Part shown: positions 49,236 through 61,386 of the stretch, one piece after another
Position numbering within the stretch: the stretch's first letter is position 1
Layout of the letters: each line of letters starts with the position of its first letter
Source of the DNA: Phyllobates terribilis
Taxonomy: Eukaryota
Direction of reading: 5' to 3'
NCBI RefSeq assembly: GCF_046119375.1
Contig: NW_027362768.1
Location: 157,976,001-158,040,000, forward strand
DNA length: 64,000 nt
Notes under the pieces: model-generated
Told to the model about the DNA's origin: nothing
What the model saw: the letters and a program-made list of their open reading frames with translations, nothing else
The model's database searches: none
Position numbers and translations under genes: made by a program

Positions 49236-50511
49236 CAGGTGCATCTCACTAAGTTAGAATATCATCAAAAAGTTCATTTATTTCAGCAGTGCCACATCCT
49301 GATCGCCTCCATGCCACATTGCCGCATTGATACAGGAATTGATGCAAAAGGAGCCCGACCAAGTATTGAGGGCATTTACTGAACATACATTTCAGTAGGA
49401 CAACTTTTCAGATTTTAATAACATTTTTCAAGCTGTTATAAAGTATTCTAATTTACTGAGATAATGACTTTTGTGTTTTCATTGGCTGTAAGTCATAATC
49501 ATCAACATTAAGGCTGAGTTCACACGATGCGTTTTTCATGCGTTTCCGCGGCGTTTTTGCAGTTGCGTAAACGCAGCGGAAACGCATGAAAAACGCATGG
49601 TAGAAGGGCAGCAATGTTCCCCAATTGAAATCCGCATGTGCTGTGCCCATGATGCGGATTTTTCCGCAGCGTAAACGCTGCGGTCAAAAATCTGCAGCAT
49701 GTCAATTAATTTTGCGGAAACGCTGCTCTTTTGCCGCCATTGACTTGCATTAGACCGCATGGAATCCGCATCACTGTATATGTTGAAGCGCTTTTCATAC
49801 GGTCTAATGTGCGGATGGTACCCGGGTGTGGATGAGAGGACTCTCATCCAGACCCAGGTACCATTAAAAAAAAAAGAATAAAATAAAAAATATATATATT
49901 CTCACCTTCTGACGGCCCGCGCTGCGTCCTGCTGGCTTCCCGCGCACTTCGCGGTTGAATGAAGGACCTTCGCTGACGTCAGAGTCATGTGACCGGGTCA
50001 CGTGACGCTGACGTCGGAAGGTCCTAAAGTCTTCACTGCCGGCAGCCGGGACCGATGAAGCAGGACACCGGGGGCCATCAGAGGGTAAAGTATATATTTA
50101 TTTTTTATTTTTTGACATTCACACACTATATAAATCCATGCCGGTTGCATGGATTTATATAGTGTGAAGTTGACAAGCACTTTCCAAGTGATGCTAAAAT
50201 CGCTTGGGAAGCGCTTGTCAACCCGCATGCGGAAATGAAAGTGAAGACCGCTTCATTTCCGCATGTCCCTGGCAGGAAACCGCATGTACAATCCGCATGC
50301 GTTTTTTCCTGCCAGAGAGACGCAGAAACGCTCAGGAAAAAATCCTGAGCATTTCTGCATCGTGTGCACATACCCTAACAGAAATAAACACTTGGAATAG
50401 ATCACTCTGTTTGTAATGACTCTATATAATATAGGAGTTTCACTTTTTTGTATTGAAGAACTGAAATAAATTAACTATTTGATGATATTCTAATTTAGTG
50501 AGATGCAGCTG
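49236..50511 (+). mobile_element. Internally deleted Tc1 element hosting a nested MITE
   Basis: TA TSD, ~39-bp TIRs CAG(G/C)TGCATCTCACTAA..TAGAATATCATCAAA; transposase C-terminal remnant (..LIASMP..ID...DAKGA(R)P...) at ~49290-49370. Confidence 0.8.
49512..50375. mobile_element. PIF/Harbinger-type MITE nested in the Tc1 remnant
   Basis: TIRs GG(C/G)T..GT(T/G)CACACGATGC, 3-bp TSD TAA on both sides. Confidence 0.75.
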
Positions 50512-52116
50512 TAGGATCAGACCCAAAGGATACAGATATAAGGTATAAACACCTCCTGATCTATGGCCCGTTGAAAAGTGGATCTCCAATGTTGAACATT
50601 ACAATATTACTTTGTAATAAGAATGAAATTAGACTTGTTTTGCCCACAGCCATTTATCCACCGCTACATAGAGGCAGATCGGCAGACGCTTAGTAGCCTG
50701 TTTAGACCTCACGACCGCACTTCCGTGCTAACAGACCGATCGTTAATATGATTGATCATTAATATGATTGATCTGTGTGTTTAAGGTATCGTTATCCTCA
50801 GCAGCACATCTTGTTTACACAGGACGACGTGCTACCGAGAACGATGATTTTTAGCCGAGCTAAAACGAGCATTCTGCTTGTTCATGGGGTGATTGGCAGC
50901 CTGTTTCCACTAGGCCGGTGTAAATGAGGCTGCGTTCACACGTTGCAACTACATTGAGTTTTTCTCCTCTGTAACGTTTGTGTCATGGTATTGGAAAATC
51001 CTGGACAATGTATGTTTTTGCTGCGATGGCTGCGAGGCCTTCTTCACAGAACTTTTTCAGCTTATTTACTAATGTAATTTTTTTTTTACAAGCTTTTCGC
51101 TGGGAGTTCATTTTTTTATGAGATTTGTAACGTTTGTTTCTGCCATGTTAAAAGAACTATAACAAAGTCTATGGGGGAAAAAAAACTGAAAAAGATGCCA
51201 TACCACCAAAATGCCACAAAAAAATGCAGTGTACGTAGAAATGTCACTTTTTTTGCTATGTAATCTGAGTGCAGCATGATGTAGGGGCAGAGAGCCAAAA
51301 ATGGATCAAAATCGGATCCAGAACGCTCACGAATAATTGTCTGTTTTTTTTTCACGTGAAAAAAAAAAAATGGACATTTTAGCGAGGCCTCACTGTGTAA
51401 TATAAGTAACGCAAAGCTTTTACTACATCACTGTGAGCTCCATTCCTCTGGTTTACTAGAAGACCTCCCTCCAACGCGCGTTTCAGGCATACACTAATTC
51501 TACTATCTACAATTACACAGCGTTCACTGGCTTCATGGGATTCACAAATTGATTTGATTATTTATTAACATGGTTGCTTCATGTGGCTGACACGCTGCGG
51601 AGGAAACAAAGGGAGAAGCAATGTTTGTTGGCACAGGGCTGTAAAAACAATTGTGAAATATGAAGTCCGGGGACAGAAAGCCAAAATGTGCAGCGTGTGC
51701 TGCTACTGAGGATCAATGGGTCACTGCATGGCTAATGTCTAGGAATAATCATCTACTGACCCCGCTCATGGTCATAAAACTACAGGGTGGCAGCTACTGG
51801 GGGTCCCACAACTACAGGGGGGCTCATATTGTCTTGGTGGTGAGAGGCTGATAGCGCTAAAAAGAATAAATGCAGATCAGTGATAAAACAGGGAAAGTGC
51901 TGACCAAAATAACCCCAGCTGGGAATTGGCCAACTCTATCAGGAGTCAGGGATGTCTCCTGTTTTTCTACAGGTGCTACAATATAGGCAATATAGGCACA
52001 GATGTCTCTGCAGAAAGTACTATTGTCCTTCTGAGGACAATCCCCTCATTATCGTAAGGACCAGAAAGTACTAACAATCCCCTCATTATCGTAAGGACCT
52101 TCCATCTGTCACTCAC

Positions 52117-52250
52117 CTTTCCTGGATCCAGCGCTGAGCGCTGCGTCCACAGTCTTCTGTCGTCAGATCCCTCAACTCCTCTGTGAATGACACTTTCCCA
52201 GGCCTTATAGCTCGGCTCAGGTGGTGGGACACCACCTGAGTATTCAGGAA
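52117..52250 (-). other. Candidate non-coding first exon of DNAI3 (upper boundary approximate)
   Basis: Consensus AAG|GTGAGT donor on the minus strand in a locally GC-rich patch; both ATG exons have acceptors and so need an upstream exon; unproven. Confidence 0.3.
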
Positions 52251-52332
52251 ATAGGACACCACGCTGCTACTCTGTTTCATGTTACATTGCTATTCTGATA
52301 CATTGAACTGAGTTGTTGACTCAACTCAACAG

Positions 52333-53655
52333 CTGAGTCAACTCTGCTACATCACTGTGCCAGCTCTGCTGCATTAAACTCGGTGGCTGGCTTGCCACTT
52401 CTACTATAGTTCCTCACTGCTGAGTCAACTCTGCTACATCACTGTGCCAGCTCTGCTGCATTAAACTCAGAGGCTGGCTTGCCACTTCTGCTATGGTTCC
52501 TCACTACTGAGTCAACTCTGCTACATCACTGTGCCAGCTCTGCTGCATTAAACTCAGAGGCTGGCTTGCCACTTCTGTTATGGTTCCTCACTGCTGAGTC
52601 AACTCTGCTACATCACTGTGCCAGCTCTGCTGCATTAAACTCAGAGGCTGGCTTGCCACTTCTGTTATGGTTCCTCACTGCTGAGTCAACTCTGCTACAT
52701 CACTGTGCCAGCTCTGCTTCATTAAACTCAGAGGCTGGCTTGCCACTTCTACTATGGTTCCTCACTGCTGAGTCAACTCTGCTACATCACTGTGCCAGCT
52801 CTGCTGCATTAAACTCAGAGGCTGGCTTGCCACTTCTGCTATGGTTCCTCACTACTGAGTCAACTCTGCTACATCACTGTGCCAGCTCTGCTGCATTAAA
52901 CTCAGAGGCTGGCTTGCCACTTCTGTTATGGTTCCTCACTGCTGAGTCAACTCTGCTACATCACTGTGCCAGCTCTGCCGCATTAAACTCAGAGGCTGGC
53001 TGCCATTTCTACTATGGTTCCTCACTGCTGAGTCAACTCTGCTACATCACTGTGCCAGCTCTGCTGCATTAAACTCAGAGGCTGGCTTGCCACTTCTGTT
53101 ATGGTTCCTCACTGCTGAGTCAACTCTGCTACATCACTGTGCCAGCTCTGCTTCATTAAACTCAGAGGCTGGCTTGCCACTTCTACTATGGTTCCTCACT
53201 GCTGAGTCAACTCTGCTACATCACTGTGCCAGCTCTGCTGCATTAAACTCAGAGGCTGGCTTGCCACTTCTACTATGGTTCCTCACTGCTGAGTCAACTC
53301 TCCTACATCACTGTGCCAGCTCTACCGCATTAAACTCAGAGGCTGGCTTGCCACTTCTACTATGGTTCCTCACTGCTGAGTCAACTCTGCTACATCACTG
53401 TGCCAGCTCTGCTGCATTAAACTCAGAGGCTGGCTTGCCACTTCTACTATGGTTCCTCACTGCTGAGTCAACTCTGCTACATCACTGTGCCAGCTCTACC
53501 GCATTAAACTCAGAGGCTGGCTTGCCACTTCTACTATGGTTCCTCACTGCTGAGTCAACTCTGCTACATCACTGTGCCAGCTCTGCTGCATTAAACTCAG
53601 AGGCTGGCTTGCCACTTCTACTATGGTTCCTCGCTGCCGAGTCTACTCTGCTACA
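52333..53655. repeat. 87-bp tandem repeat, ~15 units, in the DNAI3-MCOLN3 intergenic region
   Basis: ctgagtcaactctgctacatcactgtgccagctctgctgcattaaactcagaggctggcttgccacttct.ctatggttcctcactg. Confidence 0.95.
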
Positions 53656-54619
53656 TGGCTGTGCCATCCAGACCAAGGGCTTCGAGGGTCCACCTCATCA
53701 GGGGAGACGTAATACCATTAATGTAATTTCCAGGTAAATATCTTTAAATGTGTCATTTGTATAATGCGCTAACCTTCATATATTAGATCAGTGGGGGTCC
53801 GACTCTCTAAGCTGTGGCTTTGCGGTTATTATTAGGACATATTTTCCATAAATTACATGTTATATTATGAGAATAGATAAGATGTGTGACCATCATGTGA
53901 TGACTCCCCATAGAACACCATGCTATGTTCCTGGCCGTAATTACAGCCTAAGGCTATAATGCGGTTCAGTGCTATGTTCTAGGGTTTTTTCCTGGAAATT
54001 TCCCTTTTTCTTGTATCCTCCAGGTCAGATGAGAAGCCCCCATTTATCTGTAGCCAAGACACACAGTGGCCGGGGCGGGGGGCGCTGCGGACCTGTGACT
54101 CCTCTATGGACTGTTTGTTTACTGAATCAGAAATGACACAATATGTGATAGAAGAAATGTCACTGATTAATAAACCAGGGCTGTGTAAGAAAATGTGAGA
54201 AATGGATTGTTTAAAGGGATTCTCTATAATAAAAGTTAATCTTAATGGGCCCAGGGCAGCTGATCATTATCTGCTTATTGGCTGCAGCGGTCATGTGATG
54301 CCCCTCACTGGGGACCTGCTGGACACACAGTATGGAGGAAATATTTCAGTCGGACATGCACACATCCAGCTGAAATGTATTGCAGCCCAGAGACCCATCG
54401 GTTCCCTCCATTGCAAAACATACCACTGGCCATTCGGAGGCCACAGCTGACATCATGCGCTGCCGGAGACGGGCACGCAGAAGTCAGCTGCCGGCCTCTG
54501 TGCTGGCTAAGGAAGAGAACTCCGCACAGCGTGGGGGTGTAGGAGAGGAGGAGGAATCTTTTATTTCTTATTTTAAATGTGGTGAGAAGAACGGCAGAAC
54601 GGAAGATGGGGGACATTTT

Positions 54620-55375
54620 AACAGCAAGGGGCCCAGGATGGGCAAAATTATAACAGGAAGAGACCCAGGATGGGGGACATTATACCAGGAAGGGACCCAG
54701 GATGGGGGACATTATACCAGGAAGGGACCTAGGATGGGGGACATTATATCAGGAAGGGACCCAGGATGGGGGACATTATATCAGGAAGGTACCAAGGATG
54801 GGGGATATTACACCAGGAAGGGACCAAGGATGGGGGATATTACACCAGGAAGGGACCAAGGATGAGGGACATTATATCAGGAAGGTGCCCAGGATGGGGG
54901 ATATTATACCAGGAAGGTGCCCAGGATGGGGGAAATTATAACAGGAAGGGGCCCAGTATGGGAGAAATTATAACAGGAAGGGACCCAGGATGGGGGACAT
55001 TATACCAGAAAGGGGCCCAAGATGGGTGACATTATACCAGGAAAGGACCCAGGATGGAGAACATTATATCAGGAAGGGGCCCAGAATGAGGGATATTATA
55101 ACAGGAAGGGGCCTTGGATGGGGAACATTATACCAAGAATGGGAGCAGGATTAGGGATAATACACCGGTATGGGAGTCATTATACCAGGAAGGGGCCCAG
55201 GATAGGGGGCATTATACCAGGTTCAGGGGCACTATATCCTAAGAAAGGACCCAGGATGGGGGATAAAAGGACATTATTACAGGAGGGGGCCAGGATCGCA
55301 GAAATTATTACAGGAAGGGGCCAGAATCAGGGACATTATTACAGAAAGGGGCCAGGATGGGGACATTATAACACA
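54620..55375. repeat. 33-bp G-rich minisatellite, ~22 decaying units
   Basis: gggacattataccaggaagggacccaggatggg. Confidence 0.9.
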
Positions 55376-56039
55376 GTGGCGGAACAGGTATGTATTTATA
55401 GGATCTAAAACACTACAAGGGCACATACATCTGACCAACATGCAGGTGGGGGCCCAGGTCCAAATTTTGCACCAAAGCCCATTGGACTCTAGTTACGCCA
55501 CTGCTGACATGTCTGTTTTAGTAAATACTTGATTTCCTCATAATAAAACAGATCTGGAACCTCTTTTATTAGAACTTGTTGATCCTCTGTTATTCCTCCT
55601 GGAAATGTATTCGAGTTAAGCAAAAGATTTGCAGGACCCCAGTCCAATGTCCGCATTAGTAAGTAAGTTAGTAAGGTGGCCATGGACTACCAAGATGGCC
55701 ACTGGATTTGGAAATAACAATGTCACTGGAAGTCACAGTTGCCGGTTCGAGGGGAAGGGGGATAAGTATTTTCTTTTTATTTTTTAGAGGCAAGTAAGCA
55801 ATAAAAAAGGATTGTCCAGCAATGGACAACCCCTTTAAATAGGAGGCCGTCCCCCATAACTTACGTTTGCAGCTAAGTTTTACATTTTGAGGGTCAGTTC
55901 CTTCCTTTTCTCTATTTATCCTCCACAACTCCCAGACCTGCCAGGATTAACAAATGAACAGAAATACCTCAGTATTATTGTGGGGGGCTTCTCCCGACTC
56001 AGGAGGTCACCGGAGAGAAACGGGGGTACAGCCGTGTCC

Positions 56040-56250
56040 TCCTCCAGCGTCCCTAGTAATTGTTACCAAGTCACGTGAGGAACACGAAACCCTTCTCGAC
56101 CAATAGATTACCCTCCTGCCTGATGGGCGGAGCTAACAAGTGATTGACAGTGATATTAGCCAATGAATTCTGCCCTGCGAATTTTTTTTTTTATTTTGAA
56201 CACGCCCTCTGGCTGCAGCAGCAGTAGCGCGTGTCACGTGACGGAGAATT
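56040..56250 (+). promoter_or_regulatory. Putative MCOLN3 promoter: two CLEAR/E-box motifs (56070-56079 GTCACGTGAG, 56233-56242 GTCACGTGAC), CCAAT boxes (~56100, ~56160), GC box (~56125)
   Basis: Motifs read directly; a GC-rich stretch is followed by a CAG|GTGAGC donor at 56451/56452. Confidence 0.6.
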
Positions 56251-56451
56251 TGACAGCGATGCGCAGAGAGCGAGAGAGGGGAAGACTGGCAGAGGGGAAG
56301 CCGGGCATCGAGCTGCGGCAGACAGAGCACTGCCCGCTGAGCTGCCACAGTGTGCGGACCGGGTACATGGAGGCTGCTGCCTGCCGCAAAGATGAGGCTG
56401 CAGAGGGGGTAGAATAGGAAGATCCGGCAACAAAGGCGCCTGTTATTCCAG
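56245..56451 (+). other. Candidate non-coding first exon of MCOLN3 (start approximate)
   Basis: GC-rich, follows the promoter motifs and ends at CAG|GTGAGC; the coding exon has an acceptor 2 nt before its ATG, so an upstream exon must exist. Confidence 0.5.
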
Positions 56452-56622
56452 GTGAGCGGCCATCGTGCTGATAGGCATCATATGTTATTCATTTATTATC
56501 TACTCGTACTTATTTTTTTCCTTATTTTAATGTTCTTTTTTTTTTACATATATTTTGTCTTTATTTAATTTATTTTTTTTTATTTTATTTATATCTTTTA
56601 TTCTTTAATTAACTATTTATAT

Positions 56623-56629
<7 letters not shown>

Positions 56630-56661
<32 letters not shown>
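56630..56661. repeat. (TA)n microsatellite
   Basis: Direct reading. Confidence 0.9.
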
Positions 56662-56663
<2 letters not shown>

Positions 56664-56695
56664 GATATTGTAGGAGCTTCTTGCCCTGTTTTAAA

Positions 56696-57825
56696 AGGGG
56701 ACCTGTCATCGGATTCATGTTACCTGGCCCTCAACAACTTTAATCAGAGCCCGGCTGTGTTATAGCAGGAGTGTGTGTTTTACTGTAACCTGGCCGGGGA
56801 CCATGAGTCTCTTGAGTAGTCCCAGGCAGGTCCCCGGCGGCTTCTCCTGGCCCTACTCCTCTTTAATGACAGGTGTCTTCCTATTCTCACACACACACAG
56901 AGACCTGTCACCAGGGCCAGATCCAGGTGTTTGTGGGCCCTGGGCGGAAGAGTCTCAGTGGCCCCTTTAGCACATACCACGATTCATGATGCACAGATAC
57001 GGCAGAGAAATATAGGAATACAACACAGGGCCCAGCCTGCCACCTCATCCTTCACATATGCAAACATGCACACACAATATACGCACGCACGCACAATATA
57101 CGCACGCACATACATATTTGAACACATTCTTAAAAACACATATAAAACAGACATAAATATATATACACAGTCATACACACTGACATACACAGACATTCAC
57201 ATCATACATGCACACACATAAGAAATATTTTTTATATGGGGATTGGGGAAGCTCGCTCACCTGCCCCCTGGCCTGTTTCCCATCCAGCTCCTCAGTCATG
57301 TGGCAGTGCAGGGCCTCAGGTGTGTCACATGACACTGGACCATCAGGGGGGCCCACTCGCCGTCAGGGCCCGGCCGCTTCCCCGGCATCTGTGCAGGGCC
57401 GCCGGTGCTGTCCGAGCCCTGCTCTGCTTCATGCAGCAGTGTGCGGTCAGTGTGCTGCTGCTGCTCCACCAATCAGGCCCAGTGGTGTCACTTTCCAGAC
57501 ATGGCCGCGCGTTGTGCTGCTGTGTCTGGTAGTAATGACGCGGCAGGTGCGTCACACAAGCACAATTAAAGGCGAGTGGGCCCCCCTGATGGTCCAGGGC
57601 CCCGGCACTTGCCCGGGTACGTCGGGTGCTGACGCCGGCCCTGCCTGTCAGTCTAGATGAGCGGGACAGAGAGAAGCCGCCGGGGACCGGCCTCTTGGAC
57701 TAGTGATTTGAGACACATAGTCCCCGGCCAGCTTTTCACAGTACTCCGCAGCGTTTCAGACACAGACATACTCATCTGCATGCCATCTGTGAGTCAGGCA
57801 TCATGATCGTTCTGTCAGGTTCCCT
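56696..57825. mobile_element. Kolobok/T2-type MITE (TTAA sites) containing a nested hAT MITE
   Basis: Ends aggggacctgtca / tgtcaggttccct (11/13) with TTAA-like flanks. Confidence 0.55.
56912..57643. mobile_element. Non-autonomous hAT MITE
   Basis: CAGGGCC...GGCCCTG ends; 8-bp TSD CCTGTCAC / CCTGTCAG (7/8). Confidence 0.65.
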
Positions 57826-57847
57826 TTAAAGTTTTTTACTATGTAAT

Positions 57848-58245
57848 CTGTGAGCAGCATGATGTAGGGGCAGAGACCCTGATTCCAGGGATATGTCACT
57901 GATTAGGCTGTGTGCTGTAGCTTCAATACAATCAGTGTTTTTTTTCAGCAGGAAATTATCACTGCCGGACTAGGTGTCACGTGCCGGGTAGTCCACTCTG
58001 TAAAACCCCGCCTCCACCACTGATTGGCAGCTTTACAGGAAGCTGCCAATTAGGGGTGTAGACTGGGTTATACACAGCTCAGCATTCTGAGCACTGCTAC
58101 ATCTACAGCAGAGGAAACCTGGATTTTATCAAAACTGCACCAAGCAGCCCAGTAAGTGACACATCGCTGGAATCAGGATCTCTGCCCCTACATCATGCTG
58201 CTCTCAGATTCCATAACAAAAACCTGCTGACTAATTCCCTTTAAG
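57848..58245. mobile_element. MITE with ~37-bp inner inverted repeat
   Basis: gagcagcatgatgtaggggcagaga.cctgattccag is inverted at ~58168-58204; ends ccctttaa. Confidence 0.55.
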
Positions 58246-58924
58246 AAATGTCATTATTACATAGTAAATAGAAGGGCAAAATGCAGCTTCATCCCTGATA
58301 ATACTGTCCAATCAATCAGCGATAGGAAGGTTGTAGCAGAATCCCAGCATTGGATTGTGACTCCTCTCTGTCATCACACTGCTCGCCCCATAGGGGGCAC
58401 CATTCCAGGGACACAAATATACTAAGGAAATGCCTTATATAGAGGTCAGAGATATATAAGTTCAGGTCACAATCAGAACCCACCCTTTAACTTTTACTGA
58501 TAAAGTTTCTGTGATCGTTACCGATTTAAAATAGTAAAAAGTTCCAAAAAGTTGTCCAAGTTTCATTTGATAACTTCCCATAGCCGATAGTTATATTCTT
58601 GTTAGGACACTGGAGTCACCAGCAGGAGACTGACCTTTCTTAGACATAAATACAAGAGCTTAATCGTAGTCCCGTCTGCCGGCTTTATTAAAAGAAAATT
58701 ATAGTTTTTTCAGCCCAATGACTGAAGCGATAGACAATGGAGAACATATTAACCCTTTAAGACTGCAATCTTGAGAATGGAGGGGATCTTTGAGTAATAA
58801 ATTGCAAAGGTGCTTGTGTTTCCCAGCACTTTGCAATATGAACCATTAATGAACATGAGACAGCCCCTCTTAATTGAAATTATTTATTTAAAAAAATATT
58901 TTATTCCAATGAAAAATATATATA

Positions 58925-60545
58925 CAGTACAGACCAAAAGTTTGGACACACCTTCTCATTTAAAGATTTTTCTGTATTTTCATGACTTTGAAAATTGTAC
59001 ATTCACACTGAAGGCATCAAAACTATGAATTAACACATGTGGAATTATATACTTAACAAAAAAGTGTGAAACAAGTGAAAATATGTCTTACATTATAGGT
59101 TCTTCAAAGTAGCCACCTTTTGCTTTAATGACTGCTTTGCACACTCTTGGCATTCTCTTGATGAGCTTCAAGAGGTAGTCACCGGAAATGGTCTTCCAAC
59201 AATCTTGAAGGAGTTCCCAGAGATGCTTAGCACTTGTTGGCCCTTTTGCCTTCACTCTGCGGTCCAGCTCACCCCAAACCATCTCGATTGGGTTCAGGTC
59301 TGGTGACTGTGGAGGCCAGGTCATCTGGCGTAGCACCCCATCACTCTCCTTCTTGGTCAAATAGCCCTTACACAGCCTGGAGGTGTGTTTGAGGTCATTG
59401 TCCTGTTCAAAAATAAATGATGGTCCAACTAAACGCAAACCGGATGGAATAGCATGCCGCTGCAAGATGCTGTGGTAGCCATGCTGGTTCAGTATGCCTT
59501 CAATTTTGAATAAATCCACAACAGTGTCACCAGCAAAGCACCCCCACACCATCACACCTCCTTCTCCATGCTTCACGGTGGGAACCAGGCATGTAGAGTC
59601 CATCCGTTCACCTTTTCTGCGTCGCATAAAGACACGGTGGTTGGAACCAAAGATCTCAAATTTGGACTCACAGACCAAAGCGCAGATTTCCACTGGTCTA
59701 ATGTCCATTCCTTGTGTTCTTTAGCACAAACAACTCTCTTCTGCTTGTTGCCTGCCCTTAGCAGTGGTTTCCTAGCAGCTATTTTACCATGAAGGCCTGC
59801 TGCACAAAGTCTCCTCTTAACAGTTGTTGAAGAGATGTGTCTGCTGCTAGAACTCTGTGTGGCATTGACCTGGTCTCTAATCTGAGCTGCTGTTAACTTG
59901 CGATTTCTAAGGCTGGTGACTCGGATAAACTTATCCTCAGAAGCAGAGGTGACTCTTGGTCTTCCTTTCCTGGGGTGGTCCTCATGTGAGCCAGTTTCTT
60001 TGTAGCGCTTGATGGTTTTTGCAACTGCACTTGGGGACACTTTCAAAGTTTGCCCAATGTTTCGCACTGACTAACCTTCATTTATTAAAGTAATGATGGC
60101 CACTCGTTTTTCTTAGCTGCTTTTTTCTTGCCATAATACAAATTCTAACAGTCTATTCAGTAGGACTATCAGCTGTGTATCCACCAGACTTCTGCACAAC
60201 ACAACTGATGGTCCCAACCCCATTTATAAGGCAAGAAATCCCACTTATTAAACCTGACAGGGCACACCTGTGAAGTGAAGACCATTTCCGGTGACTACCT
60301 CTTGAAGCTCATCAAGAGAATGCCAAGAGTGTGCAAAGCAATCATCAAAGCAAAAGGTGGCTACTTTGAAGAACCTAGGATATAAGACATATTTTCAGTT
60401 GTTTCACACTTTTTTGTTAAGTATATAATTCCACATGTGTTAATTCATAGTTTTGATGCCTTCAGTGTAAATGTACAATTTTCAAAGTCATGAAAATACA
60501 GAAAAATCTTTAAATGAGGTGTGTCCAAACTTTTGGTCTGTACTG
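58925..60545 (-). mobile_element. Tc1/mariner element, DD38E (Intruder-type), inactive
   Basis: TA TSD, ~270-bp inverted repeats starting CAGTACAGACCAAAAGTTTGGACAC; transposase ATG at 60134 to stop at 59088; 38 residues between the second D (QD|ND) and E (NPIE); 5-nt deletion near the start, premature TAG, 1-nt deletion in the first catalytic Asp codon (~59670). Confidence 0.92.
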
Positions 60546-61158
60546 TATATTTAATATTATACAACATGGTAAAAATAAGTAAGAAAAAAGCTAATTTTTT
60601 TTCTTTTTCATTTCGCACCCCACTCCTTATTAAAGTAAAAGAAGTTGATTAAATTTGTTCCCTGAAATAATGCTTGTAAAGTTTTTAAAAACTTTATGGC
60701 TGTCAAAATGTGATGGTGCAAATGCAACATTTTTTTTGGGGGGGTGGTGGGGGAGGGTTCTAGGGAAAAAACTTTTGGGGTGATTACAAATTTTTTATAC
60801 CCACCTACTTTAAATAAATAAAAAATAATAATAATAATAAATTCCATTTTAAAAAGTGTATCAGGAAAACACAACCTGTCCCAGTGAAATATTAGCCCTC
60901 ATAGGAGTGATGGAAACTCATAGAAAAGCGTATAAAATAGGATGTGACCTTAGCAGGGTTAAAAAACGCTATAGGATTGGGCTCCGCCCCTGAGCAGTGG
61001 GATAACCACCAATGTGACCTTCTGATGTAGTCCGTTAGAAATCTACCATTCTGTTAAATCTTCTGGTTAACACTGAGATTTCTATCAAACCTTCTGTCGA
61101 TGACCTGGGCTACATAGTTTTCACACATTGTAACACTACGGTCTGTTCTGTTAAAGTA

Positions 61159-61386
61159 ATGGAGACCCCAGAGATAACGGTGAAGCCGTCCCCTTCCCTG
61201 GATGAACATGACAGTCCCTACCTGAGTAAGACCTGCTCCATTACAGAGGAGCTCCTCCTAGAAGACATGCTGAAGAGGAAGCTCAAATTTTATTTTATGA
61301 ATCCTTGTGAAAAATTTCGAGCTCGTGGTCGCAAGCCGTGGAAACTTTGCATCCAGATCTTGAAGATTGCATTGGTGACAATCCAG
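61159..61386 (+). CDS. MCOLN3: Mucolipin-3 (TRPML3) first coding exon
   Basis: METPEITV...EELLLEDMLKRKLKFYFMNPCEKFRARGRKPWKLCIQILKIALVTIQ; aag|taATG acceptor, CAG|gtgagc donor; 228 nt. Confidence 0.93.

Noticed and set aside
52333-53737. Regular 87-bp repeats resembling a CRISPR array or a repeat protein (197 and 216 aa ORFs)
   Set aside because: There are no unique spacers, the units are head-to-tail, the context is eukaryotic, and a 1-bp deletion at ~53000 breaks the frame.
54380-55408. G/P/R-rich ORFs resembling collagen-like or prion-like repeats
   Set aside because: They are products of the decaying 33-bp minisatellite, with frequent frame switches.
56062-56075. Possible RFX X-box (GTTACCAAGTCAC) for the ciliary gene DNAI3
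   Set aside because: Only one half-site matches, it overlaps the E-box, and it is ~4 kb from the candidate DNAI3 first exon.
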